From: a virus
Lineage: Duplodnaviria; Caudoviricetes
Virus record (IMG/VR): IMGVR_UViG_3300017716_002486
Span: 1 to 33,772 of that record
Length of the DNA: 33,772 bases
Reading direction: 5' to 3' (one strand)
Shown: positions 7,658 to 15,590 of the stretch, piece after piece
Position numbering within the stretch: position 1 is the first letter of the stretch
Layout of the letters: every line of letters begins with the position of its first letter
Notes under the pieces: model-generated
What the model was told of the DNA's origin: nothing
Database searches by the model: none
Seen by the model: only the letters and a program-made list of their open reading frames with translations
Made by a program: the position numbers and the translations under genes

Positions 7658-9505
7658 ATGGGAGCATTATTAGAATCAGGTCTTGTTGGTAACATCGGTC
7701 TTAAGCACCTTAAAGTTATCAAAGAAGATACTATCAACAAATGGGACAAATTAGGGTTCCTTGAAGGTCTTAGAGGCCACCTAAAAGAAAACGTAGCTCA
7801 ATTATATGAGAACCAAGCATCTCAATTGATTAACGAAGCATCTTCAGACGCATCTTCAGGTTCGTTTGAAACAGTTGTATTCCCAATCATCAGACGTGTA
7901 TTCTCTAAATTGTTAGCGAACGATATCGTATCAGTACAAGCAATGAACTTACCAATTGGTAAATTGTTCTTCTTTGTACCTAAAATCCAAGGATATAACG
8001 GAGGTACCGCTAACCAATCAGGTGAGCACTACGCACCAATCGGTTCTCCTGGAAACTATCCTGGTGACCCTAACACAGGTTACACTACAGGTAACGGTAC
8101 TTACAACCCAACTTACGCTAAAAACCTTTATGATTTATTCTACGAAGGTGGCGAAGCAGGTTTAGACCCTCCTGGATTGTTTGACTATTCTAAAGGACAA
8201 TGGAGTGCTATCACAGCATCTACACAAGTTCAAACTTGGACAAACGGTAATTTAGTTGATATTGGAATCATCACAGGTGCTACAGGTACTGAGTATCGTA
8301 GAGTAATCCTTAAGATGACAGGTTTTGTTAGCGCAGGACAAGGTAAATTAATTTCACCAGATGGTTCTGAATTGGATACTGAAACATTCTTGTCAGATTT
8401 AAGAATCTTACCTCTTGTAAACGCAACGGGTGGATTATCAGCTTCTACAGCATGTGCAACTTTAACTAACTTAACTACACCATTATTGTTCAGAGTTGTT
8501 ACTCAACAATACGGTAAAGGTATTGTTAGCTATGGTAGTAACGTAACTACAAGCTGGCCGTCTAACGGAGGTGGAACTTATCCTGATGTTTGTACTGCGA
8601 ATGGTGTTATCTACTTAGAAGTTGATTTACAGTGTCCAGTATGTGTAGGTTGTTCTCAAGCTACTCCTGATGGATATTCAGGTACAACTTTATTCTCAGG
8701 TCAATCAGGTTCATCTTTTATAGCGGTATTTAGACGTTACAAAGAGTTAGAATTTGAAGATAAGATTGGTGAAGTTTCTTTCGACCTTCAGTCTGTAACA
8801 GTTTCTGTTACTGAAAGAAAGTTAAGAGCTCAGTGGTCTCCTGAATTAGCTCAAGACGTTGCGGCTTTCCACAACATTGACGCTGAAGCTGAATTAACAG
8901 CATTATTGTCTGAACAAGTTGCAGCTGAAATTGACCGTGAAATCTTAAGAGATTTACGTAAAGGTGCTGCATGGAACTTACGTTGGGACTACAACGGATG
9001 GAGAAGAATCTCTTCTACTACATCTTACACTCAGAAAGACTGGAACCAAACTTTGATTACAGCTATCAACCAATTATCTGCACAAATTCACAAGTCAACA
9101 CTTCGTGGAGGAGCTAACTGGATTGTTGTATCTTCTGAAGTTTCTGCTATCTTTGATGACTTAGAGTACTTCCACGTATCTAACGCATCTCCTGAGCAAG
9201 ACCAATACAATATGGGTATTGAAAGAGTTGGTACTTTAGCAGGTCGTTACCAAGTATACCGTGACCCTTACTTCCCAGCTAACCAAGTGTTAGTAGGACA
9301 CAAAGGAACGTCATTGTTAGATACTGGTTACATCTACGCTCCATACGTACCACTTCAATTAACTCCAACAATGTATAACCCGTTCAACTTTACTCCAATC
9401 AAGGGTATTATGACGAGATACGCGAAGAAGATGGTAAATAACAGGTTCTACGGAAGAATTACTGTTGATGGTGTTCGTACATTTGACTTACAAGAGCTTA
9501 GATAA
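7658..9505 (+). CDS. Major capsid protein (T4 gp23-like)
   Basis: Motifs FPIIRRVF, IVSVQAMNLPIG, RKLRAQWSPELAQD, DAEAELTALLSEQVAAEIDREI, GYIYAPYVPL, FTPIKGIMTRYA. Confidence 0.97.
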   Translation: MGALLESGLVGNIGLKHLKVIKEDTINKWDKLGFLEGLRGHLKENVAQLYENQASQLINEASSDASSGSFETVVFPIIRRVFSKLLANDIVSVQAMNLPIGKLFFFVPKIQGYNGGTANQSGEHYAPIGSPGNYPGDPNTGYTTGNGTYNPTYAKNLYDLFYEGGEAGLDPPGLFDYSKGQWSAITASTQVQTWTNGNLVDIGIITGATGTEYRRVILKMTGFVSAGQGKLISPDGSELDTETFLSDLRILPLVNATGGLSASTACATLTNLTTPLLFRVVTQQYGKGIVSYGSNVTTSWPSNGGGTYPDVCTANGVIYLEVDLQCPVCVGCSQATPDGYSGTTLFSGQSGSSFIAVFRRYKELEFEDKIGEVSFDLQSVTVSVTERKLRAQWSPELAQDVAAFHNIDAEAELTALLSEQVAAEIDREILRDLRKGAAWNLRWDYNGWRRISSTTSYTQKDWNQTLITAINQLSAQIHKSTLRGGANWIVVSSEVSAIFDDLEYFHVSNASPEQDQYNMGIERVGTLAGRYQVYRDPYFPANQVLVGHKGTSLLDTGYIYAPYVPLQLTPTMYNPFNFTPIKGIMTRYAKKMVNNRFYGRITVDGVRTFDLQELR

Positions 9506-9524
9506 TCTTATCTTAAGTATAACT

Positions 9525-9554
9525 AAAAAGGGACAAGAAATTGTCCCTTTTTTT
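9525..9554 (+). terminator. Rho-independent terminator after MCP
   Basis: AAAAAGGGACAA-GAAA-TTGTCCCTTTTTTT, a perfect stem with a GNRA loop. Confidence 0.9.
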
Positions 9555-9607
9555 ATTTATACTTGTGAACAATTTACTTTTTGGATAAATAAGTTATATT
9601 TATTAAT

Positions 9608-10294
9608 ATGAAAAAAATAGAATTAACAGAATTACAAGTTAACGAAATTATAAAACTTTATACTGAAGATTTATTGGGTTCTCCCACTATTAGTGAAAAA
9701 TTAAAAATACATAAAACTATTGTTCTAAACACATTAAGAGATAATGGTATTGTTCTTGGGTCATCAGGTAGACGAAATATTGGTGGTAGAGAAGTCGCTA
9801 TGAAAAAATATGAGTCAAAACCTCAAACAAAAGAACGTAAAAGAAAAAATTACGATAAATGGTATGAACAAAATAAAGAACATCGTAAAGAATATCTAAA
9901 AGAATATAGAGAAAAAAATATAGATAAAATTCGTGAGGTTAAAAGAACTTACGAAAAAACTCGTAAACATACTGACCCCATTTATAAATTAATCAATAAT
10001 TTTCGTACTGCGGTATATCAGGTATTGAAAGAAAGTAACGTTCAAAAGAACGGACATTATTTTGAAATTTTGAAATACACTCCTGATGAGTTAATTACTC
10101 ATTTAGAAGAAAAATTTACAGGTGAAATGTCGTGGGATAATTACGGGATATGGCACGTTGACCACATACGTCCAATTTCTTCATTTAACATTCAAGAGAT
10201 TGGGGATGAGTCATTTATGGAATGTTGGTCGTTAAAAAACCTCCAACCGTTATGGGGTGATGAGAATATTCGTAAATCAAATAAAACGGTGTAA
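9608..10294 (+). CDS. Free-standing HNH (homing-type) endonuclease with N-terminal HTH-like region
   Basis: C-terminal WHVDHIRP...NLQPLWGDENIRKSNK HNH motif, basic helical linker; TATTTAT at 9597-9603. Confidence 0.88.
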   Translation: MKKIELTELQVNEIIKLYTEDLLGSPTISEKLKIHKTIVLNTLRDNGIVLGSSGRRNIGGREVAMKKYESKPQTKERKRKNYDKWYEQNKEHRKEYLKEYREKNIDKIREVKRTYEKTRKHTDPIYKLINNFRTAVYQVLKESNVQKNGHYFEILKYTPDELITHLEEKFTGEMSWDNYGIWHVDHIRPISSFNIQEIGDESFMECWSLKNLQPLWGDENIRKSNKTV

Positions 10295-10316
10295 AAAAAG
10301 GGACATTGTCCCTTTT
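10295..10316. terminator. Probable bidirectional terminator between convergent genes; copy of the MCP terminator
   Basis: AAAAAGGGAC-ATT-GTCCCTTTT between the HNH stop and the convergent lysozyme-like stop. Confidence 0.7.
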
Positions 10317-10998
10317 ATACTGTTCCGTAGGTTTTTTGAGCCCATTCTCGTCTGATTCTTTTAGCTCTATCTTTATTTGATGGTCGTTCAACATTGTCTA
10401 CAATCCAATCAATCCACCACCCAATTGTGTGATTTTCATTATATCCTGAATATTTTTCTTTAATGTGATTTGACATAAAAGTTATTTGTCTATCGCAATC
10501 TTTTAATACTGACATATCCCCTCCGTACGCATCTAATAATGATATTCCTAAACCACCACATATATTAAATTGCCATAAACCAAATGAACAATACCCATCA
10601 ATTGGTTTGTATTTATTACCTCTTTTATTACTAATTCCTCTATCACCTTTAGCGTCACACTTAAACTTTGATTCTCCGTAAGCGTTGGCAACTAATGCTG
10701 CGACTAACGAGTCATTTGGAGTACTTGTAAAATATTTTTTTAATTTATTGAATAAGTCGGTACCGTCAGTGTTTGTTGTGCCGGTTACTCTAAAGTCAGT
10801 TTTATCTTCACCGTTAGAGCTTTCTCCTCCATCAGAACCTTCTCCATCTGCACCTTCTCCATCATCATTGGAGTTATTATATTTGCCCATTCTTTTTTTA
10901 ACTCTATCAAACAATAATTTTATAAAATCATCGGTTTGGGGTTCTGTTTCTTGTTCTACTAATCTTTTAAGTTGAGATTCTGTAATTTTTAATTTCAT
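10315..10998 (-). CDS. Phage tail-lysozyme-like (Phage_lysozyme2) peptidoglycan hydrolase with N-terminal leader
   Basis: AALVANAYGES (catalytic Glu), SFGLWQF, C-terminal VERP...R; leader MKLKITESQLKRLVEQE and a Gly/Asp/Glu linker; TATTTAT on the minus strand at 11003-11009. Confidence 0.72.
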   Translation of the reverse strand: MKLKITESQLKRLVEQETEPQTDDFIKLLFDRVKKRMGKYNNSNDDGEGADGEGSDGGESSNGEDKTDFRVTGTTNTDGTDLFNKLKKYFTSTPNDSLVAALVANAYGESKFKCDAKGDRGISNKRGNKYKPIDGYCSFGLWQFNICGGLGISLLDAYGGDMSVLKDCDRQITFMSNHIKEKYSGYNENHTIGWWIDWIVDNVERPSNKDRAKRIRREWAQKTYGTV

Positions 10999-11000
10999 AA

Positions 11001-11237
11001 TTATAAATATCTAATAAGTATGGAAATAAATTCAGATTCTGGTAGAGTGTATATATTCTTACTGTAGGAATGCTCAAGGATTCTAATTATGATTTCTTTT
11101 TTGTCTTCTTCTGTTAAGTTCTGAATTGTTAATAAGAAGTCATCTTCGTTACTATATTGAATTTTACCAAAGATTGTTTTATTTGACATTACTTTGTTTA
11201 ATTGTTCAACTATTTTATCTGTGTTAGAATTATCCAT
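11001..11237 (-). CDS. Hypothetical protein
   Basis: 78-aa ORF abutting the lysozyme-like gene. Confidence 0.65.
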   Translation of the reverse strand: MDNSNTDKIVEQLNKVMSNKTIFGKIQYSNEDDFLLTIQNLTEEDKKEIIIRILEHSYSKNIYTLPESEFISILIRYL

Positions 11238-11274
11238 TTTGGTGATATTTATTTAATATAGTATAACTTAAAGA

Positions 11275-12204
11275 ATGAAAGAATCAAGTTTAATAAAATC
11301 CATAAGAAAGGTCATTAAAGAGACGGATTCCAGTTCATCTGCTGGGGCGTTTAATGTTCCGTTTAGAACAGGGTTGAGATTATGGGATAAAAAAACAATT
11401 GCTCCTTATACTGAACCTTTAGATGGTTATAATAATGCGGAACTTTATGTTGACGCGTTAGACGGTAACATAGATACTAAAAACGTTAAAGACGTTGAAA
11501 ATAAATCACTTAGGTCGTCAAAATTTTATAAGAATCATCCAACTGATAGTGATGAAGATGGAAGTAATTTAAATGATAATCCTTTTAATAAAAAATTACT
11601 TAAAAAAGTTTTTGGACAGAAAAAAATAAAAGAAGCTACTGACACTACTTTAAGTTCTGGTGAATACACGGGACCAATTGAAATAGGTTTAAAAAAATGG
11701 AGAAAACAAGAATTAGGACCGTTTAGTGAATTTTCAAAGAGTTTTGTTAATAAAAAAATAAAACAAAAAACTTTAAAGAATAATAAAAAAAGAAATGTTG
11801 GTGTTTGGGAGAAACATCCTGAAAGTGGATATGAAATACCGACTCACGATGTTCACACAATTAATGAAGACTTGGGGGTGTGGTTTGGTACTAAAAAGAA
11901 ACCTAAAGGAAGTAAACAACCTAAAGGACCTTGGGTTAATATATGTAAGAAAGTTGATGGTAAACATCCTCCTTGTGGTAGACCTGAAGCGAGTGATAAA
12001 TCTTATCCTAAATGTAGAGCTACGGGAGTTGCCAGTAAAATGACAGATTCACAAAAGAAATCGGCTTGTCAACAAAAAAGAAATGCCGAAAAAACACATT
12101 CTAAAACAGGTACGGGTAATAAACCAAAAATGGTTAGTTACAAACCTAGAAAGAAAACTAACGAATCAGTTTTAATTAAACAAATTATTAAATCTTTGAA
12201 ATGA
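11275..12204 (+). CDS. Modular hypothetical protein: duplicated module plus Cys/Lys-rich DUF5872-like C-terminal domain
   Basis: Internal repeat (IKE..D....G....P...GL..W.K....P..E twice), then LGVWF...WVNI...PCGR...YPKCR; TATTTAT at 11246-11252. Confidence 0.7.
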   Translation: MKESSLIKSIRKVIKETDSSSSAGAFNVPFRTGLRLWDKKTIAPYTEPLDGYNNAELYVDALDGNIDTKNVKDVENKSLRSSKFYKNHPTDSDEDGSNLNDNPFNKKLLKKVFGQKKIKEATDTTLSSGEYTGPIEIGLKKWRKQELGPFSEFSKSFVNKKIKQKTLKNNKKRNVGVWEKHPESGYEIPTHDVHTINEDLGVWFGTKKKPKGSKQPKGPWVNICKKVDGKHPPCGRPEASDKSYPKCRATGVASKMTDSQKKSACQQKRNAEKTHSKTGTGNKPKMVSYKPRKKTNESVLIKQIIKSLK

Positions 12205-12593
12205 AAGTTTGTATAAAATATAGTAAAAAACTTTTTAAGGACAAACAAATAAAAATCATTAAAGATTTTGTAAAATTATTAAACAAAATAATGCCATTAT
12301 CTGAAGAAATAAATTTGTTTTTTTTAGATAAGAGAGTTGGTAAAATGACAACGGGTTCTTATAAAGATGACATACATACAATAAAAGTTTTAGTTAAAAA
12401 TAGAATAATGTCTGATATATTAAGGACATTGTCCCACGAATGGGGACATGCCTTTGATAATGAACATATTAATTTTAAAGATAGAAGAGATGTTGGAGGG
12501 GACTCTGAAAATTTTGCAAATTCTATTTCAGGTGCAATAACCAAACATTACATTAAGAAACATCCTGAATTAGAAGATACTATTTTTGAGTAA
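12201..12593 (+). CDS. Small zincin-like metallopeptidase (HExxH)
   Basis: ILRTLSHEWGH plus downstream E-N-F-A-N, an ImmA/IrrE-like motif arrangement. Confidence 0.7.
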   Translation: MKVCIKYSKKLFKDKQIKIIKDFVKLLNKIMPLSEEINLFFLDKRVGKMTTGSYKDDIHTIKVLVKNRIMSDILRTLSHEWGHAFDNEHINFKDRRDVGGDSENFANSISGAITKHYIKKHPELEDTIFE

Positions 12594-13002
12594 TCAATTC
12601 AGTTGAAATTTTGGTGTAAATGGTATCCAAAGAATGTCTAATCTGATATTCCATTTCTTTCTCCATTTGCATGGCTCTTAATTCCATTTCGTTTTTGAAG
12701 AAATCTTTAAGTTTATTCCATTCGGTATCACTTAATTTAATGAAATAACTATATGTGTGGTTTGTGATTGTAACTTCACCGTCCTCCATTGTGATAAAAA
12801 TACCTAACTGTTCATTTTTAATGTATTTTTTTCTTGAAATTGGGGCAATTAACAAGTCAGAATTTTGACTATGGATTAACTTACGACAAATGAATGTACA
12901 TTGTTTAATGTTTGTTCTGGCCTCTTGTCGTTCAACAAATGATTTATTTGAAATGTCTCGTAATGAAATTTTGAATTTCGCGTAAAGTCTTTTAATTGTC
13001 AT
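12580..13002 (-). CDS. Hypothetical protein
   Basis: 140-aa ORF with its own host-type promoter. Confidence 0.7.
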   Translation of the reverse strand: MTIKRLYAKFKISLRDISNKSFVERQEARTNIKQCTFICRKLIHSQNSDLLIAPISRKKYIKNEQLGIFITMEDGEVTITNHTYSYFIKLSDTEWNKLKDFFKNEMELRAMQMEKEMEYQIRHSLDTIYTKISTELITQK

Positions 13003-13023
13003 TGTAGTTTTTATTTATTTCTA

Positions 13024-13054
13024 CAAATATACAACAAAAGTTTTAATTTAACAA
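13024..13054 (-). promoter_or_regulatory. Bacteroidota-type primary sigma promoter TTG-N20-TATATTTG
   Basis: The minus strand reads TTG (13054-13052), 20 nt, TATATTTG (13031-13024), an exact TAnnTTTG -7 element, 21 nt before ATG 13002. Confidence 0.7.
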
Positions 13055-13068
13055 TAAATTTAAAAATT

Positions 13069-13572
13069 TTAACAATATGCTCCTGAACAGTGTTTTTTTC
13101 CGTCTAAACCTTTTATTTTACCTTTACATACTTGTACAGCGTGTCCATTACTATAAGCTGAGGGGTACACTTTATATTTCGCCTTTGCTGACGCTTTTCC
13201 TCTTGCACATAATTTTGTACCCGCTTTTTTACGTCCTTCATTCATTTGGTATAACGATAATGCTTCACCAGGATTTTTTGCAGTCATTGCTAAGTCTTTA
13301 AGGATATTGTCGTCCTCCATAACTTCTTCAGATTTCCACATATCACCACTTTCAGTTTCGTTCATTAAAAAATCAAATACTTGGTCTATATTGTTTTTTG
13401 CTTCGGCAATATGGTCTTGAGCCCAATCGTGACCGTCATCTAGTATTGATTCAATTTCAGATTTATCAAAATCTAATAATAAACCTATTTGTCTGTGCAT
13501 TTGTTCTAAATTACTGAAGAACATATATCTTTGAGTTTCCTCTTTTAGAATTTTTTTAATTAATTTGTCCAT
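13069..13572 (-). CDS. Modular hypothetical protein with C-terminal YPSAY Cys/Lys-rich domain
   Basis: Leader MDKLIKKILKEE, acidic helical domain (DWAQDHIAEAK), then MNE|GRKK...AKAKYKVYPSAYSNG...C. Confidence 0.7.
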   Translation of the reverse strand: MDKLIKKILKEETQRYMFFSNLEQMHRQIGLLLDFDKSEIESILDDGHDWAQDHIAEAKNNIDQVFDFLMNETESGDMWKSEEVMEDDNILKDLAMTAKNPGEALSLYQMNEGRKKAGTKLCARGKASAKAKYKVYPSAYSNGHAVQVCKGKIKGLDGKKHCSGAYC

Positions 13573-13576
13573 AATA

Positions 13577-14083
13577 TTACGATTTTAAATCTGTTTTTAA
13601 GTCATTACATACTATTGAAAGAAATGTGCTAATTTCTCGTTCAAGTCCTTCATATTTTTCAAATACATTTTCACCTTCAGTACTTTCAAAATTACACAAT
13701 GAATAAGTACCTTCAGTATCACAATAAATTTCACCATAAAACTCATCGTTATTAACATTTAAATATCCTGAATGTAATATTTCATCAACATTCTCTTCGG
13801 TTGATTCGTATTTAAATTCCATTGATGGTATCCCTTCCATTTCATTAAATACCCAAGTTTCTCCTTGGTCTGCGACAGATTTTGTTGTGGTTAATTCCTC
13901 ATCATCCAAAAACTCATTGTTCATTGAGTAATGGTCCAAATACTTTTTCTCTTTATCAGATAAAGAATCCATTCCTGATTTATTAATTTTATCTAAAATT
14001 TGGTCAATTTCCCCTATTCCTTCATTCAGTAGGTTGTCAACAACAAATTTTAATTGTGATTCTGTTAATCTAATTTTTTTCAT
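13577..14083 (-). CDS. Hypothetical protein with leader and DUF6576-like motif
   Basis: MKKIRLTESQLK...LLNE then IDQILDKINKSGMDSLSDKEKKYL. Confidence 0.7.
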   Translation of the reverse strand: MKKIRLTESQLKFVVDNLLNEGIGEIDQILDKINKSGMDSLSDKEKKYLDHYSMNNEFLDDEELTTTKSVADQGETWVFNEMEGIPSMEFKYESTEENVDEILHSGYLNVNNDEFYGEIYCDTEGTYSLCNFESTEGENVFEKYEGLEREISTFLSIVCNDLKTDLKS

Positions 14084-15567
14084 TATTTCTTATTAACTAT
14101 TTGAAATTTTAATGTTCTTTTATAAGTATTAACCTCACCTGAAGAAAGTACTTTAATATCAACATAATATTCATTAGGTATTTTATCACGAGTATCAAAA
14201 ATGAAATAATATTCATTTGATGTTCTATTAATCATTGTCCAATCTTGAACTTGAACTTCAGTTTGACCTTCTCTGACATAGATTCTATAAGACGCTTCCA
14301 CTTTTTGTAAAGTTTCTTGTGATGAATACGCCTTTTTAATTACTACCCCAACTTTTCTAATGTCGGTGTTTAATATTTTTTCATCTTGTTTAATTCCATA
14401 ATAATCAAATCCGTATAATGAAGGGTCTTTACTCTTTATTCCAATTGAGAATGATTGTGCGAATGGTAGACCAACAAATGTGTTAGTTATGTTTGGTAAG
14501 GTTTGTTCATTGTAAATTACATTTGACCAAATATCTTGATATGTACAAGGACTTGTTATGTTCATTGCAGGTATTTCTACAGAATAAACACCTTGTGTCA
14601 CTAAACAGGTTGGTAAATCTGTATATATTACACCACCAATATTGTTAACAATACTAACTGTTGGGGTTTCATCTAAATTAGTAAACGCTCCATTAATATA
14701 TGAATATAAATAAAGATTGTTAACAGTATTTCCGTAAAAAGAATTACGGTCATCTTGAACTAAATCATTATATGTTGTTTCTAAAAATGGTTCGTAGAAT
14801 GTTTGAGTGTATTTTGTAAAAAAACCAATAACATAATTTTCAGTTAAACCCGTTAATAATTCTAATTGAGGTAAAAATGCAACACCCCATCCTGCAACTT
14901 GTAAACCATTAAAAATTGAATTAATTTCATTAGTCATATCAAACTCAATGTCCTCATTACCTAATTCAAAATGTTGAGTATCAACAATTGTGATGCCGGA
15001 ATAATTTACATCACTATTGTTTGAGTTGTCATAAATACCATTAGTACTCCATTGTGATAATGTTGTTGTTTGATACCAATTTGAGGGTCTTTCAGAGAAC
15101 GCCTTATCGTTTATTTCTTCAGATGGAGTTAGTACTCCCGTTGGGGTATTTGAAGTTTTATTGGTTGGATAATAATCATATCCAACTCCCTCATCCCAAT
15201 TTTGGACACTTCCATAATTACCTGAAGTAAGTGGAATCCTAAATAACACCAAATCAAATGATGTTGCTCTTCTAACTCCTTCAGAATCATATGTGTTTAA
15301 TAACTCGGTATCAAACGATGATGTATTAGTCATCCTTAATGTATGAGTAATATTTGAATTACAATCTGTTGAGATTATTCCTGATGCGTATTTTGAAATT
15401 AAATCTGTTAAATCTAAATCAAAAATAAAACGAGAATATGATGTGTTAGTAAATGAATTGTTGGTCGGCCCAAAATACAATTGTGTCACTGGATTTCTCG
15501 CAGTATTTACATAATTGTCATAAACGATTGTATTATTCTTACTAAAATATGATTTGTGAACTGACAT
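14083..15567 (-). CDS. Probable virion structural (tail/baseplate-associated) beta-rich protein
   Basis: 494 aa, Asn/Thr/Tyr-rich, YSRFIFDLDL and WDEGVGYDY segments, Ig-like C-terminus; next to the spike-like gene; tandem TATTTAT on the minus strand at 15580-15590. Confidence 0.6.
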   Translation of the reverse strand: MSVHKSYFSKNNTIVYDNYVNTARNPVTQLYFGPTNNSFTNTSYSRFIFDLDLTDLISKYASGIISTDCNSNITHTLRMTNTSSFDTELLNTYDSEGVRRATSFDLVLFRIPLTSGNYGSVQNWDEGVGYDYYPTNKTSNTPTGVLTPSEEINDKAFSERPSNWYQTTTLSQWSTNGIYDNSNNSDVNYSGITIVDTQHFELGNEDIEFDMTNEINSIFNGLQVAGWGVAFLPQLELLTGLTENYVIGFFTKYTQTFYEPFLETTYNDLVQDDRNSFYGNTVNNLYLYSYINGAFTNLDETPTVSIVNNIGGVIYTDLPTCLVTQGVYSVEIPAMNITSPCTYQDIWSNVIYNEQTLPNITNTFVGLPFAQSFSIGIKSKDPSLYGFDYYGIKQDEKILNTDIRKVGVVIKKAYSSQETLQKVEASYRIYVREGQTEVQVQDWTMINRTSNEYYFIFDTRDKIPNEYYVDIKVLSSGEVNTYKRTLKFQIVNKK

Positions 15568-15590
15568 TATTTATGGTTTATAAATAAATA

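Noticed and set aside
9608-9660. HNH N-terminus MKKIELTELQVNEIIK resembling the cargo leader
   Set aside because: It is equally explained as the first helix of an HTH domain common in homing endonucleases, so it was not counted as a leader.
13012-13018. Plus-strand TATTTAT near ORF 12580..13002
   Set aside because: It is on the wrong strand for the flanking genes and is part of an A-rich leader; it shows the motif can arise by chance.
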